Assembly: GCF_009914755.1 (NCBI RefSeq) | Contig: NC_060942.1 | Length of the DNA: 64,000 bases | Source: the human T2T-CHM13v2.0 reference genome, Homo sapiens | Strand: one strand, 5' to 3' | In this document: positions 1 to 13,081 of the stretch, piece by piece | How positions within the stretch are numbered: the stretch's first letter is position 1 | Layout: each line of letters starts with the position of its first letter | Position numbers and translations under genes: made by a program | Notes under the pieces: generated by a model | Seen by the model: only the letters and a program-made list of their open reading frames with translations | Database searches by the model: none | What the model was told of the DNA's origin: nothing

Positions 1-1494
1 TATTGATCGGCAAGAGAGAGGAAGAGGGAGAGAGAACTTTTTCCTCCACTCATTGTGTTGCATCAGTCATTGTAATGCTAGTCACAATGCATTAAAAAGC
101 ATTGAGAATCAACAGGGCTGGCTCTTTTGTAGCAGGAGTAATAAATGATTTTACTGAGCAGAATTAAAATGCTGTTTAAAATATACTCTGTATACATTTT
201 TTCGAATTTCTCACCAATCTTTCTTCCCCCCTTTACAAAACAAGGAATCAAAAAATGCTTACTAATTAACAGTTTTCAGCATGTATACATCTTTTCCATT
301 AAAGGTTCTAATATTTTTCTACAGAGAAATACCACAATACTATTTATTTCAGAAATATCCTCCGTCACATCAAAGTTTATCTCAAATTATCTGCAATTTA
401 GGTTGAGAAATTTCATCTTATTTAAATTAATGTGAAAACTACAACAACTTCTGGAGGGTAGAAATGAATACTTCCTTATTTTTGGTGTTGTTGCTGTTGG
501 GTTTTTAACATTTGCTTTGTTGTAGTTCTTATTAAACAACGCAGTCTTTGAAGAGAAGTAAAATGAAATCAAATCCAGCCTCATTATATTGAAGTGTGGC
601 TTATGTGGTTGTGGTTAAGGTGGCACCAGCGTTTCTGTCAGAATATGATTGAAATATCTCAATTTTATTGATTATCTTTACTGGCTTATTAATACAGTGA
701 GAGGAAATATGAAACTTCTACAATCTTCTAATTTCCAGGTAAAATGTATTGATTATTTTTCATGAAATACTAATTTTCTATATGTGATATATACTTTTAT
801 ATGTAAGAAATACCATCATGAATTTCAAAGCAAACATCTCAAAAATGCATGAAAGATGCATGGAAGTTCTCTAGTAGGAAAATTACTATTGAACTATCTT
901 TATTGTTAATGTTATTTACTTATATTGAACCCATTTATTTTGGTTTTATCTTAATTTGGTCCATTTCACACCTTGTGTCTAATATTTATACATACTTTTT
1001 CTTTGTCTCAGTATAAACCTATTGCATTTCATGTTATCTGAATTTTATAATCTTGCCTATTACTTACAAGCAATCTGCTGCTACAGTTGTTGCTAGGTGT
1101 TCTTATAAACTAATTTAACATCTGTTAGTACTACATAACCATATCAACCTACAAATGGCCAATAGAACTTCTCATTGTTGTGAATTACCATGTAGATAGA
1201 TGGAGTTACACTAGTAATTGTAGGATCCCCTCCATATTTCATGGTAACTCGATGAATAAACATTGTTATCTGGGCTATTTTCTTTTCAGTATTGCATACA
1301 ATTCACATTTGAATGTAATTGCATTTAAAGCAAAAGATCATACAAACTATCTTTTTAGTAAATTAATTGATAATTGTGCTGAATTAAGGAATTTATTTAG
1401 GTGATTCTGGAAAATGAGTTTTCTAGTGTAGAAATAGAGATTCAACCAGTAAAGATAATACAAGATGAAAGGATGTTTGAGAGATGCCTTTGTC

Positions 1495-1814
1495 ATTTTG
1501 GTCTACATAGACAATGGCACTCTCTTAAAGAGTGGCTAATTTAGCAGAAGTAAACTGGAACTAGGTCAGACAAGAGCCACATGGACATTTACCAGTATGA
1601 ACAAATTTCCTGCAAAAAGGATACCTAGTCCAGGTTGGACACAGGCATGGAGTTGAATACTTAGGCATTAGGCTGTCCACTGGAAAAAAACATATTCATG
1701 AAAGGCACCTTGTAAATGTCTGCAACTAAATCCCCTGAAACCTTGTCAGGGCTGGGCTAGATGTTACAGCCACTCTCCAGAGAGCTCAAGACCAAATTAG
1801 AGAGAAATAAAACA
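1495..1814. mobile_element. LTR-like insertion (family unassigned) apparently splitting a MIR
   Basis: Ends in ...gagctcaagaccaaattagagagaaataaaaCA, resembling an ERV LTR terminus. MIR-like sequence lies on both sides (about 1465-1494 and 1821-1880). Confidence 0.3.
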
Positions 1815-1820
1815 GTGTTA

Positions 1821-1900
1821 TATCTTCATTTTACAGATGATGTAACTGATGTTCAGAGAAGGAACTGGAATTTTATCACTAAAATGACTTCTAAATCTTC
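1821..1900 (-). mobile_element. MIR fragment
   Basis: cttcattttacagatgatgtaactgatgttcagaga is the reverse MIR core (cattttacagatgaggaaactgaggctcagaga). Confidence 0.7.
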
Positions 1901-1918
1901 AAAATTAAATGTTTCTTT

Positions 1919-2070
1919 CTATAATAGGCAGAATTCTAAGATAGCTTATAGATTTTCTTCCCTTGGTATAGGTGCCGTGTATAATCCTCTCCAATTGAAT
2001 ATGGTGTGACCTGTGAATATGATGGGCTGGTCACTTCTTCAATTAGATTAGATGATTAAACACCAAAGGT
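1919..2070 (+). mobile_element. MLT1E/F-type MaLR LTR, 5' fragment
   Basis: taggcagaattctaagat...tgtataatcctctcc...gacctgtgaatatgatggg matches the MLT1E/F 5' end as I recall it. Confidence 0.7.
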
Positions 2071-2942
2071 GGCAAAATAGTCCTACTTGTTAATATTGTC
2101 TGATTCAATTTGCTTAAAAGTAATATGGAGGGAAGAGGCAAAGACAGCACATCTGTGAAGCAGATCTATTCCACTGGTGGTCAGTTTTTAACCTTCATTT
2201 CAGATCATGACTGCCAGCAATTTCATGAAAAACAACAAAATATTAGAGTTGGCAGACTTTTATTGATTATGCTAGTCCAACATCTTTATAGAAGTCACAT
2301 GACTTTTCATGAGTTCTCAACCCATTAGTGATTGGCTGAAGGTAGGAATTTACTTCCCCCAACTGCTGAACTACTCCAGGTTTGCTCCAGAATAGGTTGC
2401 CCTAGTTTGTGTTCTGGTATTTTAGAATTTCACATCCAGAAGCTACAGCATCCCTAGAACACAAGTCTCTGGTCATTTAGAATGATTCATTTTACTGGAA
2501 ATGGTCAGAATTGCTGTTCTTAATTACAAAGTATACAGAATATACTACCAACCTAGAAGTATTCCGTGTAGTCAAACTTAAGTCATTAATTTACTTCCCA
2601 GTATATCAGACTTTACAGGGAGAAAATGGGTTTATATTTCAAAGGCAAACCAGATGTATTGGCTCAACAGCTCAGCAGTTTCATTTTTAGAGTACTAGTC
2701 ACAGCCATATTCTTTAAGTTACCAACTGGAAATTCATAGGCATCAAATCCAGCTTTTGCTCTTATACTAGTATATTCTATCATTTGCAACATACTATTCA
2801 ACCTTTAGGTTCCTCTTATACCAGTTATGAAACAATGATTCTAAGCCTCCACATCTCTTCTCAAATTGTCAATTGAGCTCTTTGGGAGAAAAAATTGTAA
2901 AACTTCTAAGAGGATTACATGATTGGGAGAGATTATATAAGT

Positions 2943-3247
2943 CAGTGGTTCCCAAACTTTTTGGCACTGATTTTGTGGAAGACAATTCTTTCATGGACTG
3001 GATGTCAGGGGATGGTTTGGGGATGGAACTGTTTCACTTTGGATCATCAGACATTAGATTTTCATAAGGAATATTCAACCTAGGTCTCTTGCATGCACAG
3101 TTCACAATAGGGTTTGCTGCTCCTATGAGAATTTAATGTCGCTGCTGATCTCTTGCAGGAGGCAGAGCTCAGGCAGTAATGCTTGCCCACTGTTCACCTC
3201 CTGCTGTTGCTGTGTGCAATGGAGGTGGGGGTGGTGCTGGGACCCCG
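2943..3247 (+). mobile_element. MER1B (hAT-Charlie non-autonomous DNA transposon)
   Basis: cagtggttcccaaactttttggcac...gcatgcacagttcacaatagggttt...gggaccccg, with a perfect 8-bp TSD atataagt at 2935-2942 and 3248-3255. Confidence 0.92.
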
Positions 3248-3899
3248 ATATAAGTTATACATGACAAATTCTCTCTCTACCCTACCACATTGACACCCTA
3301 CACTGGATGTTTAATTTCTTCTTCACCATCATTGATAAATTGTAGCATACTTCATAAAAACCAAAAAAAAAAAAAAAACACAACAAATGAAAAATATCAT
3401 TCTCTTTTAAGAAAGGTGATTTAATTTCAGACATTAATTATTGATTTTTTTATTTTATTGAACTAAAATTATATTTCTTTTGTGACTCTGACTCTTCAAT
3501 CTTACATATAGCTATAGAAGCTACATCTCATCCACATCGCAGTTCTTCAAATAATTTCAGATTTCCATTGTGTGTTCCTTAGACTCTGATTCTCCAGTAT
3601 TAGCCTTTCTGCCTCCTCTATTGGGTTACAGTAAAGTTTAGTGCCGAGCCACCCATACCTTTTCAGTATTTATAAACACTTTCCCAGCAATTTAGTAGTT
3701 AAAAAGAGATATAATATTCTGATTCTAGTTGATCAATTCCAAAAAGAGTAAAGTATGAGTTAAGTGATCATTTTCCTAAAATCAAAACATCAGATTTTCT
3801 TTTTTATTATCTATTAAGCCCTTTTCAAAACTGTATAGGTTTTAAAATAGGTAAAGATAGGGCAGAGAATTCCACCTAACATTTATTTTTATTAAATAC

Positions 3900-5130
3900 A
3901 TCTAATCAGAATCCATCTATTATATTTAAATTGGATATTATCATACAATTTTTTCTACCTATTTTTAGCTCTCATCTATTAATCTGATCAGAATGCCATC
4001 ACTGGCCTTTTTCTGTACTTTAATATAAATGCACAAAAAGCTAGGATTCATGACAGGGACCTGGAAACACAAGGAAAGACCCTCTACCAGGTTAAAATTA
4101 ATCACTTTAATCAGAATCCTTTTCATCAGTCAGTTATAATCAATTTCAAAATAATTCAATCCACATCTTCATATTTATCATAAAGGATGCTATGTAGGGC
4201 CCAGAGCTGAAAAATATTTTGCTGAAGTGCATACACACTACTCATCTGATCTACTCACTAGGTAAAAATAGCACTTAAAGAAAGAAGGTAAATCTGGAAC
4301 TACTTGTTTTTTGTTGAACTAAATGATTTATATTAAGAAACACGAATACAATGAAGAATACGATGTTGATAAATATTGAGACCAACATTAAAGTCACTTA
4401 TTTGTAGCTTATAAAATCCAACATCTTCTCTTTCATAATTATATTAGGTTGTGCAAAAAAATTTTTTTTTAATGACAAAAACCACCCTACTTTTGTACCA
4501 ACCTAATAGTGTCGGATAAGGGAAAACATGTAAATAGGCCCGTTCTGCCCATCATCCTTCTTAAGATTCTGATATCCCAATGTCACACAAAGACACGCCC
4601 AACAATAATGAGTATGAAACATTACAGCACATGGAATTGGATTTGCCAGTTTTGAAATCATAAACGTTTTTGTCAAAATTTAGAAAAAAACAAAAAATAA
4701 GAGCGATGAGACCCACCATTGCTTTGTAATGTTTTGCCCTACCCACAAATCACTTTAGTCATGATATTTTTGTTTTCCTTTGTGAAAATTATATTGATAG
4801 ACCCCTTTAATTTCTCATCTCCTCTTCTCGTTTCCAAAACTCTTCATAGATGGCCAATATTAATTTTATAGCCTTATCTGCAAATTCCCTCAATACTCTG
4901 AAGCGCAATACTTAATGACAAAGAGATTTAAGTTAATCTTGGTAAATATAAACTCTCTGGAAAATGTTTGGTTTTAATTTTTTTTCAAATATGTTTTATT
5001 CTTTCATGCTTTAAAATAATTATCATTAATTGAACAGAATGGAGCAATATAGATTGCAAAGAGTTTTCTGTACTGCTGTTTTCTCTTAATGTTAAATTAA
5101 TCCACCCATCCCAAGAGCAGCTATAAAAAG
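3900..5130 (-). mobile_element. L3/CR1 LINE remnant (RT region), highly diverged
   Basis: Collinear CR1-antisense-like blocks: ccacatcttcatatttatcataaaggatgc (about 4161), tttgctgaagt, tctgcaaattccctcaatactctg (about 4877), and ggagcaatatag...gttaaattaatccacccatcccaagagcag (about 5041-5120). Confidence 0.6.
4444..4506. mobile_element. MADE1 (Hsmar1-derived MITE), internally deleted
   Basis: ttaggttgtgcaaaa...cttttgtaccaacctaa terminal inverted repeats, with TA at 4442-4443 and 4507-4508. Confidence 0.85.
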
Positions 5131-5689
5131 CCATTAAGTTCCCCTAATACATTTTTATTTAAGCATTATTTTATTCATTTTTATTATTTCGTTATAAGAA
5201 AAAGCGTCTATCACTTTATGTTAATCCTAGGTTGGGATCTTCCTTCCACTCTGAAAGTTTGTTTCAAGTTTGGAAACCTTTTTAAAATAATACATACATT
5301 ACTCTCCTTCATTAGAGCTGTTATAAGGAGAAAGAAATGTATGTGTGTTAATCTGTGTATATATGTATGTTTTTCTTATTAAAATAATTTCTCATAATTT
5401 ATTATACAAAATTTAGGAAAAAATAAGCAAATAGGAGAAAGAAGTTATTTCCATTCATTCTCTGATTGGTTCCAATGCTGTTCACACTGTGGCATCTTAG
5501 CAGTCTCATTTCTGTGCACAGACAAAATTACTTATTGTTGTTGTTATTTCTTTGTTTGCCATTAAAAAACAAACACATACAAAAACAAAGCAACAATGAA
5601 AAGCAAGCACCTACAGTACCCTACATCTTTTATTTAACTGCAAATCATGAACAGCTTTTCATCCTGGCAGTCATTAGTTCTGATCACTA

Positions 5690-5870
5690 AATACGTTCAG
5701 TTCTCTGCCTTCTCCTCCCTGGCCATGTGACTTGCTTTGATCCCCACCTTTGAAAGGAGACCGCATATACTTTTCGAGGCAGAAGTTTGCCTGCTTCCTG
5801 TGACAGTGATCCACAGTGTTCCAGATTGCAGAAGCCCTGTAGTTCTGCATGAAACAGAGTGGAGTTTGTG
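5690..5870 (+). mobile_element. MLT1-type LTR fragment
   Basis: ggccatgtgacttgctttga motif typical of old MLT1 LTRs. Confidence 0.4.
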
Positions 5871-6744
5871 TGCTGAGAGCAGCTAAGGGGACTCAGCATA
5901 AGATACTGGGGGCAGGCTGGTAGGGGAAATAGCAGTTCAGACTACAGTGTCTAGAGAGCAAAAGAATGGTAAACTCAGTCATAATGTCAAATTGTTGCCA
6001 AAAGGTGATTTTTTTAGAGGGTTGTACAGGAGTCTGTAGTGGCAACCCTCAAAGTCATATGAGGTTACTTTTTAGAATCTAGACATACAATCCACAGTGA
6101 AACCAGATTTCACATGGTGGCTGAAATAGTCAGAGATGAGTACTCCTTGGTAAAAGAAACTCAGAAACATTCAAGACAGATGATCAAGCTGGAATTCAGA
6201 AAAAGCTTAGGCCTGAAAGAAGGAAATAGAAACACATGGTAAAAACAGTCAGAAGCCTAATATTTTAGCTTGGATCACAAGTGAATAAGGAAGGAAAATC
6301 AGTAGATGATTAGGATCATGCTTATCCCAGGGCCATTACAAGTCTACTAATTATAGTTGGACTCGATTATTTCAGCTTAAAGGAACTGACATGGGAAGAG
6401 GTATTTCGAAATGTGTCTCTCTAGTGCAAAAATGCTTATTTAACTATGTAAAATCCTTCCCTTCTTAGTTGTATAGACTACTAAAGAGGTATTTTTCCAT
6501 GAGTCTTTCATTTATCTGATATTCAGTGAATACTCACTGTGTTAGAAACTATTCTGGGTATTGAAGAAATGATAGGAAATGAGACTTCCATTTCATCGAT
6601 GTGAAAACCAAGAATACTACTATATCAGTCACCACAATCACTTCCTCCTCTTCTGAAAAAATTAGATAGACTTTTAAATTTATTACCCAGATGTTGAATA
6701 CTGATATAAAACTATCTGAAGCTTTCAGTACTATATTTTACCTA

Positions 6745-6860
6745 ACAGAATACAAGACCCATGAATTAAGGACTTTGTTTTCTTCATCATTATAATTACC
6801 CAGCTTAGAACAATGCCTAGTTAACATAAGAGATGGTTAACAAATAATAAAATTAATGCA
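6745..6860 (+). mobile_element. L2 3' end
   Basis: ccatgaattaaggactttg...cccagcttagaacaatgcctag...caaata matches the L2 tail. Confidence 0.65.
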
Positions 6861-7074
6861 TAACTAACACCATTTTTGTTATTCTCCCCATTCCACTCCA
6901 TAAATTTCTTAAGTTCTCTTTCTTTGGGGGCTCATCTAACACAAAATATATAACTTCTTTTCTAAGTTTAACCGGGATTAATTTTATTCTTTTTTCACTT
7001 TCAGTTTAACTTCATATTTCAATATAATCTGGTTCATAAAACCTTGAGCTCTACTCTGCTACTGTTCATTATCC

Positions 7075-7225
7075 TAGCTGCTTTCACATATATTCTTTCC
7101 ACTAACAACCCTGTAGGGTATAAATATCATCCATTTGTATGTGAAATAAGGGAGGTTAAAATAAATGAAGCAATTCACCAGAGTCACAGGGTCAGGGAGA
7201 CTTGATCCCAGTTTGATCCCAAATA
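7075..7225 (-). mobile_element. MIR
   Basis: ctttcacatatatt...aacaaccctgtaggg...ccatttgtatgtg...gtcacag. Confidence 0.6.
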
Positions 7226-7665
7226 TATTTCCTAACACTTGTAAACACCATTCCTGGCCTTTTTTAGTCACTCCATCCCTAGGTATTACCTTAAATGATT
7301 GTCAGGAAAAATGAACACATAAACAAAAACAAAACAAAAATCTTATTCTTTATCACTATCTATATAACCAGTTTCTCATTTCTCAAAAGCCTGTAAAAGT
7401 TTTCCTTGACTCTGTCAAAAGCAGAATTATCTTTATTGTATAATAGAATATAAAATGTTACTACCTTTCATAGAAATGCAGATTGACCACTCTTTAGAAA
7501 AGGCTCATTTCATTTGTGTATCTCAGTTGGTTTACTGCTTTTTCCTCTTCTTTTTTTTCTCTATGATGTTTGTTCTTTCAAATAACTTTTTTTTTACATT
7601 TTATTGGTGCAGAATGTCAAAGTACCTTCTATATATATTTCATGGCTGATTTTAAAATTCTTTTT

Positions 7666-7741
7666 CTTTTTTCTTAAGTGAAAGCAAGTTTATTGAGAAA
7701 GTAAAGGAATAAAGAATGGCTACTCTGTAGACAGAGCAGCC
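7666..7741 (-). mobile_element. Polyadenylated retrocopy of a MER41-type LTR R region
   Basis: Minus strand reads GGCTGCTCTGTCTACAGAGTAGCCATTCTTTATTCCTTTACTTTCTCAATAAACTTGCTTTCACTT plus an A-rich tail. Perfect 13-bp TSD taaaattcttttt at 7653-7665 and 7742-7754. Confidence 0.8.
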
Positions 7742-7754
7742 TAAAATTCTTTTT

Positions 7755-8000
7755 AAGTAAAATTTACACATAGTTACATAGAAATCTTAACTGAACAATT
7801 TTGATGAATGCAAACATCCATACAACCCACTCCACTCCCTTTCACAATAAAAAAAAATATTCTACCTCCCCAGAAAGTTCTCACATCCATTCACTATATA
7901 TTCTCCCAACTGAAGGCCAGCTACGATTCTGATGGATTCATTTTCTTCACCTTGGAAAGTTGTGCTTGTTCTAAAACTTCATATAAATGGAATAATAACA
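7755..8000 (-). mobile_element. Old L1M (L1ME-like) 3' UTR
   Basis: cccagaaagttctc...gttctaaaacttcatataaatggaataata is the antisense L1M 3' end. Confidence 0.75.
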
Positions 8001-8024
8001 CTGACTTATATTACTAACATTGTG

Positions 8025-10730
8025 TTAATGTGACATTACATTAACAGAATGAAGGGTAAAATTACATGATCACGTCAATAGATGCAGAACAAGCATTCAA
8101 CAAAGCTCAACATTATTTCATGATAAAAAACTCTCAACAAAATAGATACAGAAGGTGATTTTCTCAACATTATAAGGCCATTTACAAGAAAAAGCCCACA
8201 GCTAACATTATAATTAATAGATAATAACTGAGAGCTTTTTTTCTAAGATCTGGTACAATGCAAGGAGGCTCAGTCTTGCCACTTCTATTCAATGCACTAC
8301 TGGAAGTACTAGCAAGAGCAATCACACTAAAACATGAAATAAAAGATGTTCAAATAAGAAAGGGAAATTATCACTGTTTACAGATGGCATGATTCTATGT
8401 GTAGAAAATCATAAAGACTCCTCCACACGTACAAATACATACAAAACTTATAACAAATAGGGGAGTAGCAGAATAAAACAACATGAAAAAACCAATTGCA
8501 TTTATTTACACAAGTAATGTTTTATCTGAAAAAGAAAATTTTAAAAATCCAATTTACAATAGCAAAAAATAATAAAATACTTAGGAATAAATTCAACCAA
8601 ACAAGTAAGAGATGTGTACATTGAAAACTATAAAACATTGATTAAAGAAATAAAGAAGACATAAGTAAATAAAAAACATCCCATGTTTGACTGGGTGCTG
8701 TGTCTCACGCCTGTAATCCCAGCAACTTAGGAGGCCAAGGCAGGCGGATCACCTGAGGTCAGGAGTTCAAGACCAGCCTGGCCAACATGGTGAAACCCTT
8801 TTTCTACTAATAATACAAAAATTAGCTGGGCATAGTGGTGCATGCCTGTCATCCCAGCTAATCAGGAGGTTGTGGCAGGAGAATCGCCTGAACTCGGGAG
8901 GACGAGGTTGCAGTGAGCCAAGATCACTCCACTGCATTCCAGCCTAGGCTACAAGAGCAAGACCCTATCTCAAACAAACAAACAACAATAACAACAAAAA
9001 TTCCATGCTTATGGATTGTAATAATTAATATTGTTAAAATATCCCAAAGTGATATACAAGTGTAATGCTATCACTATCAAAATTCCAATGACTTTTATAC
9101 AGAAATTTTTCAAAAAATTATAATGTTCATATGGAACCACAAAAACCCTGAATAGCCAAAGCAATCTTAAGCAATAAGAGCAAAGCTGGAGGCATCACAC
9201 TTCCTGATTTCAAATTATATTACAAAGCTGTAGTAATCAAAATGGTATGAAATTGTCATAAAAATAGACACAAGGATCAGTGAAACAGCATAGAGAGCCC
9301 AGAAATAAACCCAAGCATATATGGTTAACTAATTTTTGACAAATCCAACAAGAAGACACAATGGGAGAAAAAATAGTTTCTTCAATAAATGGTGTTACAA
9401 AAACTGGATATCCACATGCAGAAGAATGAAACAGTGCATACATTACACAATACGCATATATCAACTCAAAATAGATTAAAGACTTGAATGTAAAACCTGC
9501 AACCATAAAACTTCTAGAAGGAAACATGAGAAAAAATCTTCTTGACATTGGTCTTGACAATAATTTTGTGGCTATCACATAAAAAGCAAAAACTAACAAG
9601 TAGGACTACATCAAACTTAAAGCTTCTGTACAGCCAAAAAAACAAGCAAAAAACGTAAAACAAACCAAAAAATGACAAAATGAAAAAGCAACATACGGAT
9701 GAGGAGAAGAAATTTTCAAACCACATATATAATAAGGGGCAATATCCAAAATATATAAGCAACTCACACAATGTAATAGAAAAATAAAATAAATAAATAA
9801 ATAAATAAATAACCTGATAATAAATAAGCAAAGGACCTGAATAGACATTTTTAAGAAGACATAAAAATGGTCACCAGGTCGGTCAAAAAGTGTTCAATAT
9901 TAGTAATCATCAGGAAAATGCAAATCAAAACCACCATGAGCTATCACCTCACACCTGTTAGAATGATATTACCAAAAGGTTAAGAGATAACAAGTGCTGG
10001 TGAGACTGCAGAGAAAAGGCAATCCTTGCACACTAGTTGGTAGGAATGTAAATTGGTGCATCTGTTATGGAAAATGATATTGAAGATTTTAACTAATTAA
10101 AAAAAAACTATCATAAAAGCCAGCAATCCCTTTGTTAAGTAGATACCCAAAGAAAATAAAATCAGCACCTGGTAGAGACATCGGTGCTCCCAAGTTTGTT
10201 GCAGTATTATTCACAATAGTCAAGATATTTAAAGAACCAGCTATTCATTGACAGATGAATGGATAAAAAATGTAAGATATATATATATATATATATATCT
10301 TATTATATATAGAGAGATATATCTTAAATAAAAAAATATTACTTAGCCTTAAAAAAGGCAATATTGCCATTTGTGACAACATGAATAGACCTGGAGGACA
10401 TTGTGCTGAGTGAAATGATCCAGAGTAGAAAAGCAAATATGTATGCTCTCACTTATATGTAAAACCTTAAAAAAGTAGAATAAATGGAAATAAATAGCAT
10501 TAATGTAGCCACCAGGACCAAGGAAGGAAAGTAAATTAAGAGAAGTAGGTAAAAGAATGCAAATTTACAGTTAGATAAGGTGATTAAATCTAGAGATTTA
10601 ATATACAGTGTGAAGACTACAGTTAATTTTGTATACTGAAAGTTTTCTAAGAAAGTAGATTTAGGTGCTATTACTACAAAAAAGTATATGTATATTCAGA
10701 CATTATATTGTACACTTTAAATATACACTA
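8025..10730 (+). mobile_element. L1MA8/9-like LINE-1, 5'-truncated (ORF2 RT to 3' UTR), interrupted by an Alu
   Basis: caatagatgcagaacaagcattc, aaagctggaggcatcacacttcctgatttcaaa, and 3' UTR tctagagatttaatatacagtgtgaagactacagttaat. Confidence 0.9.
8689..9000 (+). mobile_element. AluS (Sx/Sq-like)
   Basis: Full dimeric Alu with cacctgaggtcaggagttcaagaccagcctggccaacatgg and a (CAAA/CAA)n tail. Confidence 0.95.
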
Positions 10731-10892
10731 AAAAGTAATCTTGTTAAAAGAAAAAATGATTCAGATAAACAAAATTGGAGGAAATTTATTACCCATAGGA
10801 CAGTCTTGCAAAAATGTAATAGGAAGTTCCTCTTTAGAAAGAAAAATAACACACATCAGAAACCAGGATTGATGTAAAAAAGGGAGAGTATC

Positions 10893-11326
10893 TATTCACA
10901 ATAGCAAAGACTTGGAACCACCCCAAATGTCCAACAATGATAGACCAGAATAAGAAAATGTGGCACATATACACCATGGAATACTACGCAGCCATAAAAA
11001 ATGATGAGTTCATGTCCTGTGTAGGGACATGGATGAAGCTGGAAACCATCATTCTCAGCAAACTATAGCAAGGATGAAAAACCAAACACCGCATGTTCTC
11101 ACTCTAGGTGGAAATTGAACAATGAGAACACATGGACAGAGGAAGGGGAACATCACACACCGGGGCCTGTTGCGGGGTTAGGGGAGGAGGGAGGGATAGC
11201 ATTAGGAGATACACCTAATGTAAATGACGAGTAAATGGGTGCAGCACACCAACATGGCACATGTATACATATGTAACAAACCTGCACGTTATGCACATGT
11301 ACCCTAAAACATAAAGTATAATAAAA
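10893..11326 (+). mobile_element. L1PA4/5 3' fragment
   Basis: Primate L1 3' UTR with G-rich tract and poly(A). TSD aaaaaagggagagtatc (10876-10892) / aaaaaaggaagagtgtc (11327-11343). Confidence 0.93.
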
Positions 11327-12297
11327 AAAAAAGGAAGAGTGTCAGAGGACAAATAAATGAAGGTTAAATTCTTTTAAATTTTTAATTGATATAAAAGATA
11401 ACAGTTTGTTCAAAATAATGATATTAACAATGCATTTGATGATTACGATATATGAGTAATTGTAATGAATTACATGAATGGTATAAAGGATCAGAAGGAA
11501 GAATTGGAAATACTCTTGTTATAATTTACGTGCACTATGAGTGATGTACCATTATTTGAAAAGGACTTAGATTAATTGTAAACATATGTTGCAAACTCTG
11601 AGGCAACCACTAATCAAATTTTTAAAAGAAGAACATTGCATATGCTAAGAATGAAGAGAAAATATAATCATAAGAAATGCTAAATTAAAACCACAACTGG
11701 TGAAAAAGAGTTAAAGAAAAAATAGGAATGCCATGCCAATGTTACTAATAATAAGAAATAAAACTGGAGTAATTTCAGACAAAGACAACTTTAGGACAAA
11801 GAAACTTGTGAGAAATAAAGGAGAGAATTACATAATGATACAGGAGTCAATTCTGCAAGGAGTCATAACAATCCTTAATGTATATGTTCCTAACAAGAAA
11901 GCATCAAAATACATGAGGCTAAAACTAATGCAACTGCAAGGAATCCACTATTGTAGTTGGACTCTTCATCACTCCTCTGTCAGTAACTGACAGATCTAGC
12001 AGGCAGAAAATCAGTAATAATATGGTTGAACTGAAGAGCCACATCAATCAACTGAATCTAACTGATGTTAATATACTATATCCAAAAACAGTGAAATAAA
12101 CATTCTTCTCAAGTTCACTTGGAATATTCACCAAGATATACCATATTTTGGGCCATAAAACGTATCTTGATAAATTAAAAAATAAATAGAAATTATACAA
12201 ATATAGTCTCAGTCCACAATGGAGTTAAACCAGACATCAATAACAGAAGGGCAGCTGAAAATTTATAAAATATTTGTAAATTGAAAAATGCACTTAT

Positions 12298-12455
12298 TGT
12301 CTGTGTTCAGTGGCTCATACCTGTAATCCCAGCACTTTTGGAAGCTAAGGCAGAAGGATCACTTGAGGCTAGGAGTTTGAGATCAGTCTGGGCAAAACAA
12401 CAAAACTCACTCTCTAAATAAAAATAATAACAATAAAATGAAATAAAATAAAAAT
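12298..12455 (+). mobile_element. FLAM_C (free left Alu monomer)
   Basis: cagtggctcatacctgtaatcccagcactt...ggatcacttgaggctaggagtttgag, then an A-rich tail with no right arm. Confidence 0.85.
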
Positions 12456-12815
12456 AAAACCACACTTACAATTACCTACAAATACCTACTTCTTTTTTTG
12501 ACCCCAAAGGTCAAAAAAAGAAGTCTGAAGAAAAAAAATCTAAAAACATAGTTTTAGAAAAATTAAAATACAACTTATCAAAATTTGTGGGATGCAGCAA
12601 AAGTAGTACTTAGAGGAAATTTTATAGTACTGGATGCACACTTGAAGAAAGAGAGATCTAAACTCAACAATATAAGGTTTTATCTAAGGAAATTAGAGAA
12701 GAAAATCAACTTAAGCCTAAATCAAGCAGAGGAGAAAAATAAGTATTAGGGGAGATATCAATGAAATTTTAAAAAAGAAATCAATAGAGGAAATAAAATC
12801 AAAAGCCGGTTATCC

Positions 12816-13081
12816 AGGCTGGAGCAGTGGCTCACACCTGTAATCCCAGCATTTTGGGAGGCCGACGTGGGCAGATCATTTGAGATCAGGACTTCTAGGC
12901 AAGCCTGGCCAATATGGTAAAACCCTGTCTCTGCTAAAAATACAAAAAAATTATCTGGGTGTGGTGGCACACACCTGTACTACTCAGGAAGCTGAGGTAG
13001 GAGGAGAATCACTTGAATCCAGGAGGTAGAGGTTGCAGTAAGCCAAGATCGCACCACTGCATTCCAGCCTGGGTGACAGAC
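12816..13081 (+). mobile_element. AluS lacking its 3' terminus and poly(A)
   Basis: Dimeric Alu ending at ...gcctgggtgacaga and joined directly to antisense L1. Confidence 0.92.

Larger units (their letters stand above)
10735..12815 (+). mobile_element. L1MC/MD-like LINE-1 (end of ORF1, inter-ORF region, ORF2 endonuclease), split by L1PA and FLAM
   Basis: ORF 11733-11990 (ISDKDNFRTK...ITILNVYVPN...ASKYM) is an L1 endonuclease remnant. Also aaaatttgtgggatgcagcaaaagtagtacttagaggaaa. Confidence 0.85.
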
